From contig CAYMGD010000002.1 of NCBI GenBank assembly GCA_964389905.1, positions 2,843-66,842 of the forward strand: a stretch of 64,000 nucleotides of DNA, in the 5' to 3' direction. The notes below the pieces were generated by a model that searched no databases, was not told where the DNA came from, and saw only the letters and a program-made list of their open reading frames with translations. This document shows positions 17,966-28,790 of this stretch, one piece after another (the stretch's first letter is position 1; the number at the start of each line of letters is the position of its first letter). The DNA comes from an uncultured Coprobacillus sp. GTDB lineage: Bacteria; Bacillota_I; Bacilli_A; ML615J-28; CAG-698. The position numbers were made by a program, and so were the translations under genes.

Positions 17966-20082
17966 CCTATACTCCTTTTCTTCTTATTATACACTAATTC
18001 GAAATCTATTTCACCTGTTTTTTTATTAACTGACATTAATTTTACTTCTATTTTGTCACCTAATGAAATATTTGCCATTGTTTTCTTGTTTGTATATCTG
18101 TTTCTTTCGTTGCTATAATAGAAATCATAACTTTGTAGGTTTTTAGCTTTTATTAAGCCATCAACAGTATTTTCTAAAGTCACAAAAATTCCAAACTTTA
18201 AAACAGTTGTTACTATACCTGTAAAAGTATTGCCCAAATACTTAGTCATATATTCTGCTTTTTTCATATCAAGCACTTTAAATTCACATTCAATTGCCAC
18301 TTTTTCTCTTTCACTGCATTTCTCGGAAAGGATATGCATTTTATGTAATATGCGGTTGTTTTCTTCTTGAGTTAACACATTATCACTTTCAAGAATATAT
18401 TTTCTAAGCATTCGATGCACAATCAAATCTGGATACCTTCTTATTGGTGAAGTAAAGTGGGTGTAGCACCTACTTGCTAAACCAAAGTGACCAATATTTT
18501 CTTCGCTGTATATGGCTTTATTCATCAAGCATAAGATTGCTGTTTTTAGATAGTTATCTTTTTCATCTATTTCATTTAGTAGTTTTTGAAATTCTTTAGG
18601 ATGTAATCCTTTTATCGAATAACCAAGCTTGGCTATTATTTCTTTTAATAAATGAAATTTAATCAAATCAGGTGATTCGTGGATTCGATAAATAAATGGT
18701 AAATCAAAACGATATATCATTTCTGAAACAGTTTCATTAGCAAGTATCATTAATTCTTCAATTATTTTTTCGCTTATTCCTCTTTCTTCTATCAATATAT
18801 CTATTGCTTTTCCTTTATCATCAACTATTATTTTTGGCTCGTCAATATCAAAATCAATTGCTCCTCTTTTGTTTCTTTTATTGAATAGAATTTCTGATAG
18901 TTCTTGCATTATGTGCAGAGTATCTTCACATACTTCATAATCAGGATTGTTTAAAAGTCCATTTTCTAAAACATCATTACATTTAGCATATGATAATCTT
19001 TTAGTTACTTTAATAATTCCTTCTTTTAAATATCTATCAATTACATCACCATTTTTATCAACTTCCATATATAAAGCCATTACTAACTTTTCTTCTTGAG
19101 GGTTTAGAGAACATAAATCGTTTGATAGTCTCACTGGTAGCATTGGTATAACTCTATCTACTAAATATATACTTGTGCCTCTTTCTAAGGCTGATTTATC
19201 TAAAGCTGTTCCTTCTTTGACATAATGACTTACATCAGCTATGTAAACATTAACTAAATAATTGCCATTAGTTTTTTTAGTTACACTGACAGCATCATCT
19301 AAATCTTTGGCATCATCACCATCAATTGTAAAGATAAGTTCTTCTGGGCTTAGTACTTCAAACATTCCTTCTTTGGCATCATCACTTAATGTTTTAACTT
19401 CTTCTAATACGTTATCAGGAAATATATAAGGAATATTCATTTTAGCAACAACTGATGTAATATCAATTCCAATAGTTCTATTATTTCCTAAAACATCAAT
19501 AACATCAACTATTAAGTTATATCCATAGCTTCTAACTTTGGTTCTAACAATGTCACCAACTTTAGCAGTTCCAAGTTTAGAAATAATACATTTTTTCGTA
19601 AAGTTCTTTTCATATACTTCTAAAATAGTTTTGCCATTTTGGTACTTAATTTCACCAACTAAGTATTCGTAGTATCTTTTAACTACTTTAATTACTTTAG
19701 CTTCAACTGAAAACTTTTGTTTATCAATTGTATAAAGAACCTCATCTTTATCCATTGCATCAGCTAAATATACAAAATCGACATATAAGTCATCATAATA
19801 TGGATTAGAAACAAAGCCATAGTTACCATTTTTTATAGCTATTTTGCCTACATACTTATTTGCATTACGATTAGATAGATATTTCCCACCTTTATTTACA
19901 AATAGTTTATATTCATTTACTAATTCTTCAAGAACTTTTTCAACACTTTCTAAATCGTAGTTTTCTAAACTTTCACATATTTCTTGAGAAGATAGTGGCA
20001 TATAATTAATATTACTTGTTATTTCTATAATCTCATTTTTTATCTCTGTCATTTCATTTTTGAAGTTTGAGTAATTTTCCAT
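17953..20082 (-). CDS. rnr: ribonuclease R
   Basis: 709 aa. RNB catalytic region (DGDDAKDLDDAV) and a C-terminal S1 domain. Confidence 0.92.
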   Translation of the reverse strand: MENYSNFKNEMTEIKNEIIEITSNINYMPLSSQEICESLENYDLESVEKVLEELVNEYKLFVNKGGKYLSNRNANKYVGKIAIKNGNYGFVSNPYYDDLYVDFVYLADAMDKDEVLYTIDKQKFSVEAKVIKVVKRYYEYLVGEIKYQNGKTILEVYEKNFTKKCIISKLGTAKVGDIVRTKVRSYGYNLIVDVIDVLGNNRTIGIDITSVVAKMNIPYIFPDNVLEEVKTLSDDAKEGMFEVLSPEELIFTIDGDDAKDLDDAVSVTKKTNGNYLVNVYIADVSHYVKEGTALDKSALERGTSIYLVDRVIPMLPVRLSNDLCSLNPQEEKLVMALYMEVDKNGDVIDRYLKEGIIKVTKRLSYAKCNDVLENGLLNNPDYEVCEDTLHIMQELSEILFNKRNKRGAIDFDIDEPKIIVDDKGKAIDILIEERGISEKIIEELMILANETVSEMIYRFDLPFIYRIHESPDLIKFHLLKEIIAKLGYSIKGLHPKEFQKLLNEIDEKDNYLKTAILCLMNKAIYSEENIGHFGLASRCYTHFTSPIRRYPDLIVHRMLRKYILESDNVLTQEENNRILHKMHILSEKCSEREKVAIECEFKVLDMKKAEYMTKYLGNTFTGIVTTVLKFGIFVTLENTVDGLIKAKNLQSYDFYYSNERNRYTNKKTMANISLGDKIEVKLMSVNKKTGEIDFELVYNKKKRSIGWKK

Positions 20083-20099
20083 AATTCCTCCTAATCTTG

Positions 20100-20121
20100 A
20101 AAAAAGGACCTTGCTAGGCCC
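20100..20121 (-). terminator. rho-independent terminator after secG
   Basis: On the minus strand: GGGCCT-AGCA-AGGTCC hairpin (one G-U pair) followed by TTTTTT. Confidence 0.55.
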
Positions 20122-20181
20122 ATAATTTCTATATTTTAGTATTTTACTATTTTAGTGTTTCTAAAATTAATTCTTAGATTA

Positions 20182-20421
20182 TTAGATACTGAAACGTACA
20201 ACGAAGAATGAAGCAATAATAGCTAACACGAAGAAAGCAATTGATAAACCTGTTGTAATGTATTTAATCCATACTTCTATTCCACGTTCTTTTTTACTTG
20301 AGAATAGTTCTGATTTTTCACCAGTAAAAGCTTTTGCAGCATCTTCATCAGATTTTTGTAGCACAATTATGCCTATTAAAAGAACTGATACAATTAGTAA
20401 TAAAATATCTATAATTTTCAT
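20182..20421 (-). CDS. secG: preprotein translocase subunit SecG
   Basis: 79 aa with two TM segments, at the conserved position upstream of rnr. Confidence 0.8.
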   Translation of the reverse strand: MKIIDILLLIVSVLLIGIIVLQKSDEDAAKAFTGEKSELFSSKKERGIEVWIKYITTGLSIAFFVLAIIASFFVVRFSI

Positions 20422-20464
20422 AAGTCCTCCATCACTTTATAACGATATCAAATATAACATAGTA

Positions 20465-20493
20465 ATTATAGCACTTTTCTAAGCTAAAAGCAA
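20465..20493 (-). promoter_or_regulatory. sigma-A-type promoter (extended -10) for secG-rnr-smpB
   Basis: On the minus strand: TTGCTT (20488-20493), a 17-nt spacer ending in TGC, then TATAAT (20465-20470). Confidence 0.6.
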
Positions 20494-20528
20494 GAAATTT
20501 TTTATCATTTGTTATATTATTTGTTATG

Positions 20529-22850
20529 CTATTGAATTAATGCTTTGTTGACAACGTCTTCCACACACTTGCATGGAATTATTTCTAATTCGCTTCGTAC
20601 ACTTTCTGGTATCTCAACAATATCCTTAATATTTTCTTCAGGAATAAGAATCTTATTTAAACCACTACGATGTGCCGCAATAGCTTTTTCACGTAATCCT
20701 CCGATTGGAAGAACGCGTCCTCTTAGAGTGATTTCTCCCGTCATGCCAACTTTATTATCAACAAGTTTATGAGAGAATGCGGAAATGATTGCAGTTGCCA
20801 TTGTTACACCAGCACTTGGTCCATCTTTAGGAACAGCACCTTCAGGAACATGAATATGAACATCATTTTCGATAAATAAATTAGCATCAATATCATATTT
20901 TGTTGTATTAGCTTTGACATAACTTAAGGCTGCTTGAGCTGATTCTTTCATTACGTCTCCAAGTTTTCCAGTTAATACAAGTCTGCCTTGTCCTTTGTAA
21001 TAGGTTACTTCCACAGGCAAAGTATCTCCGCCATACTGTGTATAAGCTAAACCTGTAACAACTCCCACCTGAGGATCGCTATCAATCTTATTATAAGCAA
21101 ATTTAGGTTTACCAAGCCAATCTTCAAGGTTATCGCTTGTTATAACTACTTTAGTTACTTTATCCATTAAAATTGTTTTAATAGCTTTTCTTACTAGTGT
21201 TCCTATTAATCTTTCCAATTCACGTACACCAGCTTCTTTGGTATATTCTCTAATAATACGCCATAAAGCTCCATCTTCTAAAGTAAAGTCACACTTACTT
21301 AAACCATGAGTAAATAACTGTTTATCAATTAAATGTCTCTTGGCGATTTCGTATTTTTCATATTCAGTATAACTACTTAGTTCGACTATTTCCATTCTAT
21401 CACGTAAGGCAGCTGGAACATTTTCTAAGTAATTTGCTGTAGCAATGAAAAATACTTTTGATAAATCATATGGTTCTTCTAAATAGTGATCACTAAAGTA
21501 CTTATTTTGTTCAGAATCTAATACTTCTAATAATGCACTAGCAGGGTCACCACGAAAATCACTGCTTAGTTTATCTACTTCATCAAGCAAAAATACTGGA
21601 TTAATCACACCACTTTTCTGCATTCCTTGAAGGATACGTCCAGGAAGTGCACCTAAGTACGTACGGCGATGACCTCTAATTTCTGATTCATCTTTTACAC
21701 CACCTAAAGCTTGTTTCACAAACTTCTTATTAAGTGCTAATGCAATGCTCTTAGCAAGTGATGTTTTACCTACTCCTGGGGGGCCTACCAAACAAAGGAT
21801 TGCTTGTGGGGTTTTATTTGTCATTATTTTGACTGCTAAATATTCTAGGATACGATCCTTAACAGTATCTAAGCCATAATGATCGCTATCTAACTGATCT
21901 TTAGCAACTTTTATATCTTTGTTATCGACACTTTCTTTGCTCCAAGGAAGACTAATCATAAAGTCAAGATAGCTTCGAGAAATGGCACTTTCACCACTAC
22001 TTGCACTTAAATAAGCATAACGATTAAGTTCATTTAAAGCTTTCTTTTCAATGTCTTTAGGCATTTTAGCTGCTAAAATCTTTTTTCGTAACTCTTCAAC
22101 ATCAGTTTCTTTACGAGCTTTATCGCCTAATTCGTTTTGAATTGCTTTCATTTTTTCTCGTAAATAATATTCTTTTTGACTTTCGTTAACTGACTTACGA
22201 ACTTCTTCTTCAATTTTAGCATCTATTTCTAGATATATTTTTTCTTTTTTGATATCTTCAATAATAAATTTTAATCTTTGTGTTAAACTAGGATTATTTA
22301 GATATTTCATCTTTTGATTAAATTCTAGTTTTAAATTAAAAGCTAGAATATCAATCAATTTATCTGGAGAAATGCCTTGTTGAGCCATTTTTAGAAATTC
22401 TCTAATTGAAGGAAACACTTTAGCTGCATCGTTTTCGATTTCATTTGCTAGTATTCGCATATATCCAAGTTCAGCCGCTTGATCCTCACTAATAGTTGGA
22501 AGCGATTGAACAATCACTTCCATATAAGGTTCATACTGCTTAATATCGATTATTTTGCATCTCACAGTACCTAATAACTTAGCTGAGAAGACATTTCCTT
22601 CAACAGTACTTGTAACCTTCGCAACAACACCAACTGGATTAATATTATTACTATTAATCTCTTCACTTGTTGGAGCCTTAGGAACGAGCATTGCAATATA
22701 TCTATCTGCTTTCAAAGAAGCATTAATTGCTTGAATAAATCTCATATTCCCAGTATCAATTTTTATTTCATTATTAGGTAATGGTATTATATTTCTAATT
22801 ATAATTCCAGGCAATACTGAGCATACTTCTCTAGATGGGTCTGAAAACAT
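20529..22850 (-). CDS. lon: ATP-dependent protease Lon
   Basis: 773 aa. Walker A GPPGVGKTS and protease active-site region PKDGPSAGV. Confidence 0.95.
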   Translation of the reverse strand: MFSDPSREVCSVLPGIIIRNIIPLPNNEIKIDTGNMRFIQAINASLKADRYIAMLVPKAPTSEEINSNNINPVGVVAKVTSTVEGNVFSAKLLGTVRCKIIDIKQYEPYMEVIVQSLPTISEDQAAELGYMRILANEIENDAAKVFPSIREFLKMAQQGISPDKLIDILAFNLKLEFNQKMKYLNNPSLTQRLKFIIEDIKKEKIYLEIDAKIEEEVRKSVNESQKEYYLREKMKAIQNELGDKARKETDVEELRKKILAAKMPKDIEKKALNELNRYAYLSASSGESAISRSYLDFMISLPWSKESVDNKDIKVAKDQLDSDHYGLDTVKDRILEYLAVKIMTNKTPQAILCLVGPPGVGKTSLAKSIALALNKKFVKQALGGVKDESEIRGHRRTYLGALPGRILQGMQKSGVINPVFLLDEVDKLSSDFRGDPASALLEVLDSEQNKYFSDHYLEEPYDLSKVFFIATANYLENVPAALRDRMEIVELSSYTEYEKYEIAKRHLIDKQLFTHGLSKCDFTLEDGALWRIIREYTKEAGVRELERLIGTLVRKAIKTILMDKVTKVVITSDNLEDWLGKPKFAYNKIDSDPQVGVVTGLAYTQYGGDTLPVEVTYYKGQGRLVLTGKLGDVMKESAQAALSYVKANTTKYDIDANLFIENDVHIHVPEGAVPKDGPSAGVTMATAIISAFSHKLVDNKVGMTGEITLRGRVLPIGGLREKAIAAHRSGLNKILIPEENIKDIVEIPESVRSELEIIPCKCVEDVVNKALIQ

Positions 22851-22874
22851 ATAATCACCACTTTCTTTTATTTT

Positions 22875-23978
22875 TTATAACTTTATTCCTTTAAAGATAT
22901 TGTTATCAATATAATAACTAATTATATTCTTTTTAGTAATGTATTTTGATACATCTTCAAATTCAATTAAAGAAGTTCGATAATAAAACTCTAAATCATT
23001 AAAGATTGCATCAAAGTCTAAAATATCAGTTATTATCTTTAATCTTTCATATGGTGTTAAAGAATTTAAAAGGTCAAAAAACATTTTTTCTTCTAAATCG
23101 CCATTAAAATTATCTCCTAAAAAGAGATTAGGATAATCATCTTTTAAAGCACTCTTATAGAATTCTTTAATTTGCGGAGGAAAAGAAAAATCAGTATTTT
23201 CCCTTGCATATTCTAAAATATAATCAAACAAAATATTAACTTTTGATAGATTTGTATAAGCTTTTTTGAATTCATTATACATTTCATCAAAATCACTATA
23301 GTCTATTTCAGCTATTTTGTCAGCGTTATATTTGCTATTACTATACGGGATTTTATCTCGAATTTTCTTTATTTCAGCGATTACCAAAATATCATCTTCA
23401 TCAACAACAATTTTATCGCCTAAATGGGCACCAAGGAATAACTCTTTATTTATGTCTTCATCTTCATTCATATCAAATACTTGATCTTTAATAGTATTAA
23501 TTACTATATCATCTTTTTGATAATGTAAATCGTAAGTTATTACTGAAAAAGATGAAACAACATCTGCTTTTTTATTGTAATATAAACCACATTCTATTAG
23601 TTTTTTTTGAAAGTTTTTTTGCGTGTTCTGGCTGACATTTAATAGTTTATCGATTACATCTTGTGATACGCTATTGGGAATAGCTATTTTAACATCATTA
23701 GGTATAAGATATGCTGTCATAACTCCCATAAAATAATCAGCTTCGACTGCACTTGTGAAAAACCTAATTTTCTTTAATGATAATGCTTTATTTTGTTTGT
23801 GCATTAAACATTTGCTTGTTAAAGTCGCCTCAATTTCAGCTCGATTGTATTTCTCCAAAAACTTTTCTTTTAATCCAGGATTTCCATTAGGAAAGTCTTT
23901 TTCTGTTAGTTCATCTGAAGAAATACAAAAATATATTCTACATAAATTACTACTATCTACATGTGATTTTATTATCAT
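22875..23978 (-). CDS. hypothetical protein (367 aa) embedded between clpX and lon
   Basis: Long ORF with a 1-nt gap to the clpX stop and a 24-nt gap to the lon start. No motif recognised. Confidence 0.6.
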   Translation of the reverse strand: MIIKSHVDSSNLCRIYFCISSDELTEKDFPNGNPGLKEKFLEKYNRAEIEATLTSKCLMHKQNKALSLKKIRFFTSAVEADYFMGVMTAYLIPNDVKIAIPNSVSQDVIDKLLNVSQNTQKNFQKKLIECGLYYNKKADVVSSFSVITYDLHYQKDDIVINTIKDQVFDMNEDEDINKELFLGAHLGDKIVVDEDDILVIAEIKKIRDKIPYSNSKYNADKIAEIDYSDFDEMYNEFKKAYTNLSKVNILFDYILEYARENTDFSFPPQIKEFYKSALKDDYPNLFLGDNFNGDLEEKMFFDLLNSLTPYERLKIITDILDFDAIFNDLEFYYRTSLIEFEDVSKYITKKNIISYYIDNNIFKGIKL

Positions 23979-23979
23979 C

Positions 23980-25254
23980 TTAAGCTATAACTTTCTTTTT
24001 AATTATTTTGGGTTTACCAGTGCCATCTATCACATTTTTCGTGATAATGCATTTTTCAACGTCTTTATGGTCAGGTATATCATACATAATTTCTAACATT
24101 ATGTTTTCAATAATTGATCTTAAGCCTCGTGCTCCAGTTTTTTGGTCATAAGCTTTTTGGGCAATTTCACGAACTGCTTCATCGTTGAATTCTAATTCTA
24201 CGCCATCCATTTCAAATATACGTTGATATTGCCTTAAAATGGCATTCTTTGGGTCAGTAATTATCTTTGTTAAGTCTTTAATTTCAAGAGTTTGTAAAGG
24301 AGCTATTATTGGAAGACGACCAACAAGTTCTGGAATAATACCAAACTTCTTAACATCTTCATGAGTTATATGTCTGTAAAGCTCATTTTCGCTTCCTTCA
24401 AATTTTTCTTGTGTTGAATTAAATCCTATTGAACTTTTTCCCATTCTCTTGTTTACAACTTCTGTTATTCCCTCAAATGAACCACCACAAATGAATAAAA
24501 CATTTGTTGTATCAAAAGGAATAAACTCTTGATGCGGATGTTTACGTCCTCCTCCAGGTGGCACGTTAGCCACAGTTCCTTCGATTATCTTTAGAAGAGC
24601 TTGTTGAACGCCTTCCCCAGATACATCTCTAGTTATAGAAGGATTGTCAGATTTTCTGCCTAACTTATCAACTTCATCTAAGTAAATAATACCTTTTTGT
24701 GCTACTTCTAGATCATAATCAGCAGCTTGCAAAAGCCTTAATAAGACATTTTCCACGTCTTCTCCAACATACCCTGCTTGAGTCAATGATGTAGCATCAG
24801 CAATAGCAAAAGGAACATTAAGTATTTTTGCTAAAGTCTTAGCAAATAATGTCTTTCCTGAACCTGTTGGACCAATTAAAAGAATGTTACTTTTTTCTAG
24901 ATCAATTGATTTATCTTTTGATAGGTTATTATTGATTTTCTTATAATGATTATAAACAGCAACAGATAATACTTTTTTAGCATAATCTTGTCCAATTACA
25001 TATTCAGATAGTTTTTCATGAATTTCTCTTGGAGTAAGTTTACAATTTTCACTTTCGCTGTTTGCTTGATAATTTGCATTATATATAGGTTCATCTGCGT
25101 AATCAACAACAAAATCCTCATGTTCGCCTAACACATTATAACAAAAATCAATACAGTTATTACATATATAACAATTGTTTCCTGCTAGTAAAATTATATC
25201 TTCTGATTCTTCTGCTCCACAAAACGAGCATACTTTTTTAGTTTTATTAGCCAT
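23980..25254 (-). CDS. clpX: ATP-dependent Clp protease ATP-binding subunit ClpX
   Basis: 424 aa. N-terminal CSFCG...CNNC zinc finger and Walker A GPTGSGKT. Confidence 0.95.
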   Translation of the reverse strand: MANKTKKVCSFCGAEESEDIILLAGNNCYICNNCIDFCYNVLGEHEDFVVDYADEPIYNANYQANSESENCKLTPREIHEKLSEYVIGQDYAKKVLSVAVYNHYKKINNNLSKDKSIDLEKSNILLIGPTGSGKTLFAKTLAKILNVPFAIADATSLTQAGYVGEDVENVLLRLLQAADYDLEVAQKGIIYLDEVDKLGRKSDNPSITRDVSGEGVQQALLKIIEGTVANVPPGGGRKHPHQEFIPFDTTNVLFICGGSFEGITEVVNKRMGKSSIGFNSTQEKFEGSENELYRHITHEDVKKFGIIPELVGRLPIIAPLQTLEIKDLTKIITDPKNAILRQYQRIFEMDGVELEFNDEAVREIAQKAYDQKTGARGLRSIIENIMLEIMYDIPDHKDVEKCIITKNVIDGTGKPKIIKKKVIA

Positions 25255-25303
25255 TTTTTCACCTCTCTTTTATTATGGATTAATTTAGGCTATTTTATAA
25301 TAA

Positions 25304-26578
25304 TTATTTAACATTTTGTAATACTAAATCGTGAGCTTTAAGAGTCTTGAAATACGAATCAACACTTTCTTTTGAATATGCTTTCTTAATTTCTTCAATA
25401 TCTTTGCCCTTAGCTAGTACAGCATAGTATTTTTCATAATCTTCTTCATTTAGAGTAATATTTTCTTTCTTGATGATTGAGTCAAGAATAACTTCATATT
25501 GGATATTAGTTTTAATTCCAGGAGTAACAAGTTCTTTGTATTGTTCTACACTTTCAATACCTTGGAACTTTAAGAAGTAATCTAATGGAATTTGATAACT
25601 ATTTGCTGCTTTTTCTAAGTCTTTAACTTTTCTTTCAACTTCAATGTCAACCAATTCTTGAGGAATAACAACAGGATTGTTTTCTAATACTTTAGTAAAT
25701 ACATCATCTTCGAATTTGTTTTCGTTTGCTTCTGTTTGGTCAACAATTAGATTATTCTTTAAGAATTCTTTCCATTCCGCAACTGTTTTAACATTTTCAA
25801 TTTCTAATTCTTCAACAAATTTGTCATTTAGTTCTGGTAAAACACATTTTTTAATTTCATGAACTAATACTTTGAATTCAGCATCTTTTCCTGCTAAATT
25901 TTCATGATATTGTTCAGGAAATGTAACTTTAAGAACCTTTTCTTCACCAGTCTTCATACCAACCATTTGATCTTCAAATCCAGGAATGAATTTACCTGAA
26001 CCAATTTCAAGTTCAGCATTTTCTGCTTTTCCGCCTTCGAACTCAACGCCATCAACTGTTCCAACATAATCAAAAACAACAGTATTGCCATTTTCGATTA
26101 CACCATCTTCAACAACTTCTAAATCAGCTTTTTGTTTTAGAATTCTATTTGCTTCGTTTTCAACGTCTTCTTCTGTAACATTAACTTCTTCTTTTTTAAC
26201 TTCAACGCCATAATAATCTTTAGCATCAACTTCTGGGAAAACAGCAAATACTGCTTTATATCCCCATTCATTTTCTTCTACTTCTTCTAATAAGTCGATT
26301 TGAGGAGTGCCAATTGGACTATAGCCTTGACTTTCTGCTGCTTTATAGAATGAATCATTAACTAATTCTTCTATAGTTTTAGAATGAACTCTTCCTTCAC
26401 CGTATTTTTTAACATACATTTTACGAGGGAATTTTCCAGGTCTAAAGCCAGGTTCTTTTACTTCAGCAAGTTCTAATGCAAATTGTTTTTCAAATTCAGC
26501 ATCATATTCTTCTTTTGTAAATATAACACTCATTTCAACTTTACATAATTCTTCTATTTTTTTTGTTTCGATTTTCAT
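25304..26578 (-). CDS. tig: trigger factor
   Basis: 424 aa. GFRPGKFPR ribosome-binding signature region and a central FKBP-type segment. Sits in the tig-clpX order. Confidence 0.92.
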   Translation of the reverse strand: MKIETKKIEELCKVEMSVIFTKEEYDAEFEKQFALELAEVKEPGFRPGKFPRKMYVKKYGEGRVHSKTIEELVNDSFYKAAESQGYSPIGTPQIDLLEEVEENEWGYKAVFAVFPEVDAKDYYGVEVKKEEVNVTEEDVENEANRILKQKADLEVVEDGVIENGNTVVFDYVGTVDGVEFEGGKAENAELEIGSGKFIPGFEDQMVGMKTGEEKVLKVTFPEQYHENLAGKDAEFKVLVHEIKKCVLPELNDKFVEELEIENVKTVAEWKEFLKNNLIVDQTEANENKFEDDVFTKVLENNPVVIPQELVDIEVERKVKDLEKAANSYQIPLDYFLKFQGIESVEQYKELVTPGIKTNIQYEVILDSIIKKENITLNEEDYEKYYAVLAKGKDIEEIKKAYSKESVDSYFKTLKAHDLVLQNVK

Positions 26579-26591
26579 AATTTTTTTCTCC

Positions 26592-27134
26592 TTAATTAAA
26601 TAATATATACCCTATTTCATCTAACCTCTTAATTATTTCCTTTGAATATCTTAGTTCAAACAAAAAGCTAATTAATTCATAATACTTAACGACGATTTCT
26701 TCTTCAGGACAGCTTAAAAGGTAAACTTCCTTTGCAAAGTTATATATAATCATTGAGAATTGAATATCTTCATTTTCCTTTAATAAATTACTATAATTAG
26801 CTCCGCCTTCTTCAGAATAATTATTTATATTTAGTTTTAAATAATCTGATTTATTAATAATACTTAAACATAAATATTTATCAATAGTAATATTTGAAAG
26901 TATTGCATAAGTGACTAAAATCATACTTTCAATTTTTTGTTTTCTCAATGTTTCATATAATTCGAAACACTTTTCAAAATTTCTTAATTTGAAAAGGATA
27001 ATTATAAAGGCTTCATACTTATCTTTTAAATCTATTTGTATATTTTCCTCAAGTAACATTTGTTTAAAATTAGATAATAAATACTCATAATTGTCATTTT
27101 CTAGTGCTTCTCTAAATGTGTTTTGAACTTTCAT
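26592..27134 (-). CDS. hypothetical helical protein (180 aa)
   Basis: The ORF start overlaps the stop of the upstream 88-aa ORF by 1 nt (TAATG). There is a 13-nt gap to tig. Confidence 0.5.
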   Translation of the reverse strand: MKVQNTFREALENDNYEYLLSNFKQMLLEENIQIDLKDKYEAFIIILFKLRNFEKCFELYETLRKQKIESMILVTYAILSNITIDKYLCLSIINKSDYLKLNINNYSEEGGANYSNLLKENEDIQFSMIIYNFAKEVYLLSCPEEEIVVKYYELISFLFELRYSKEIIKRLDEIGYILFN

Positions 27135-27400
27135 TAGTTTATACCTATCATATGTGTATCACTTTTGTCAGTATTTTCGAAAGTATTGTTATGGAAATTA
27201 AGCATATCTAATAATAATTTATCTTTTTTAAATATGTTTATTAAATATGTCCTTACTTTAGAGTAATCTTCATAAGCTCTAAAGATTTTTTTTGTTTCTT
27301 TTTCTTCTTTGGTTTTTTTAATTATCTTTAAAAGTTTTATTTTTTTCTTTTGATAATCAGTTTTAATACCAGTAAGTTTAGCACAAATAATATTATCCAT
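27134..27400 (-). CDS. hypothetical small basic protein (88 aa)
   Basis: ORF translationally coupled to the 180-aa ORF. No motif recognised. Confidence 0.4.
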   Translation of the reverse strand: MDNIICAKLTGIKTDYQKKKIKLLKIIKKTKEEKETKKIFRAYEDYSKVRTYLINIFKKDKLLLDMLNFHNNTFENTDKSDTHMIGIN

Positions 27401-27554
27401 AACATCCTCTTATACACATTTAGATTTTTTAAATCATTAAAATATTATACCATACTATAGTTTTTTTTCAAACACTTTTATGTACTATTTTTATTTCTTA
27501 AAATAAAAAAATGTCATTATCATTATTTAGTTAAGAAAAAGCCTTTTACGGCTT

Positions 27555-28790
27555 TTACTTTAACATTTGTACTAAAAATTTATAGAAGGCATCTCCCATT
27601 TGTTTGTATCCATCTATTGATGGGTGAATACCATTTATTCCTATTCTTTCGGTTTTTTCGCTTCGAGAGTTTACTGGTACGTCTTTTGTCCAGTAATTGT
27701 TTTCGGCGTCGAATTGAGCTTTTAGATCGAAATATGTAAGATAGTCTTGATGAAGTTTGCATTTTTCTTCTAAAAATTTATTATAGTTAAAAGCAGTTAC
27801 TGTTTCTCCATACCAATCATGATAATATCCACTTGCTCCATAGCACGCTGTTATTCCCCCATTTGGACAAGGAAGTTGTATTCCCATTATTCCAATTTTT
27901 GCTTGGGGAATGTTTTGATGAATATTGTCGATTAAAATACTCATATATTTGTCATGGATTGTGAAATCATTATTATAAGGTTTATATTGTCCATTCCATG
28001 TTAGAAGAAAGAAAACATAATCTATTGTTTCATAGTTATTTTCCTCAAGATAATTTTTAAAGTCAACTTGATTTGTCTTTTTATTCCAGAAAGGATTTCC
28101 TTCACTATATTCGTATTCTTCGATAGTTAATTTTTTATCATCTGTTGTGTTAATAAATTCTTTTTCTAGTTCAGGATTAACTTTATTGTTTTCTTTTCCT
28201 CTTTTAAATTTCAATTTATTTTCTTCTATAGTTTCCAAAACCCATTCTAGATTATTATTTTTCCAAATACTATGTTGATCTAAATCTGTTAAAGTGTGTT
28301 TGCATTTAACCCAAACGCTTGATGTTTGACTTTTTTGGTTGTCTTCGCAAAAGGTTTTCCATTGCCAGCCACCATATCCTTCGTATCCTACTTCTCCTTT
28401 TTTCATTTTTCCTAAGAAATGTAATCTATTAGGGTATTGTTCTGAGTATTTTTGATATCCTATTTCTGGCCAAACGCCATTTACTGTCAAACTATCACCA
28501 ATACATAAAATATTTTTAGAAGTTACTTCAGGACATTTATTAACAACAAGAATTGTTTGAGCTTCTTCAATAACTGCTCCTTCGTCGTCATATACTCCGA
28601 TAGTTAAAGGATATTCTCCTTCTTCACCTTCTTTAGGCGTATATGTAAAATACCTATTGTAAGTATAGCCCTTCTCACAAGTCGCTTTGACATAATGAGT
28701 ATATGGATTATGAGATTTTATTACCCCTCGATAAAATAATTCAAATCTATCATTAATTACTAAATAATACTTTTCACTTAAACAAATCAT
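27555..28790 (-). CDS. SGNH/GDSL-family hydrolase
   Basis: 411 aa. Block I ILCIGDSLT and block V-like NGIHPSIDGY. Confidence 0.7.
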   Translation of the reverse strand: MICLSEKYYLVINDRFELFYRGVIKSHNPYTHYVKATCEKGYTYNRYFTYTPKEGEEGEYPLTIGVYDDEGAVIEEAQTILVVNKCPEVTSKNILCIGDSLTVNGVWPEIGYQKYSEQYPNRLHFLGKMKKGEVGYEGYGGWQWKTFCEDNQKSQTSSVWVKCKHTLTDLDQHSIWKNNNLEWVLETIEENKLKFKRGKENNKVNPELEKEFINTTDDKKLTIEEYEYSEGNPFWNKKTNQVDFKNYLEENNYETIDYVFFLLTWNGQYKPYNNDFTIHDKYMSILIDNIHQNIPQAKIGIMGIQLPCPNGGITACYGASGYYHDWYGETVTAFNYNKFLEEKCKLHQDYLTYFDLKAQFDAENNYWTKDVPVNSRSEKTERIGINGIHPSIDGYKQMGDAFYKFLVQMLK

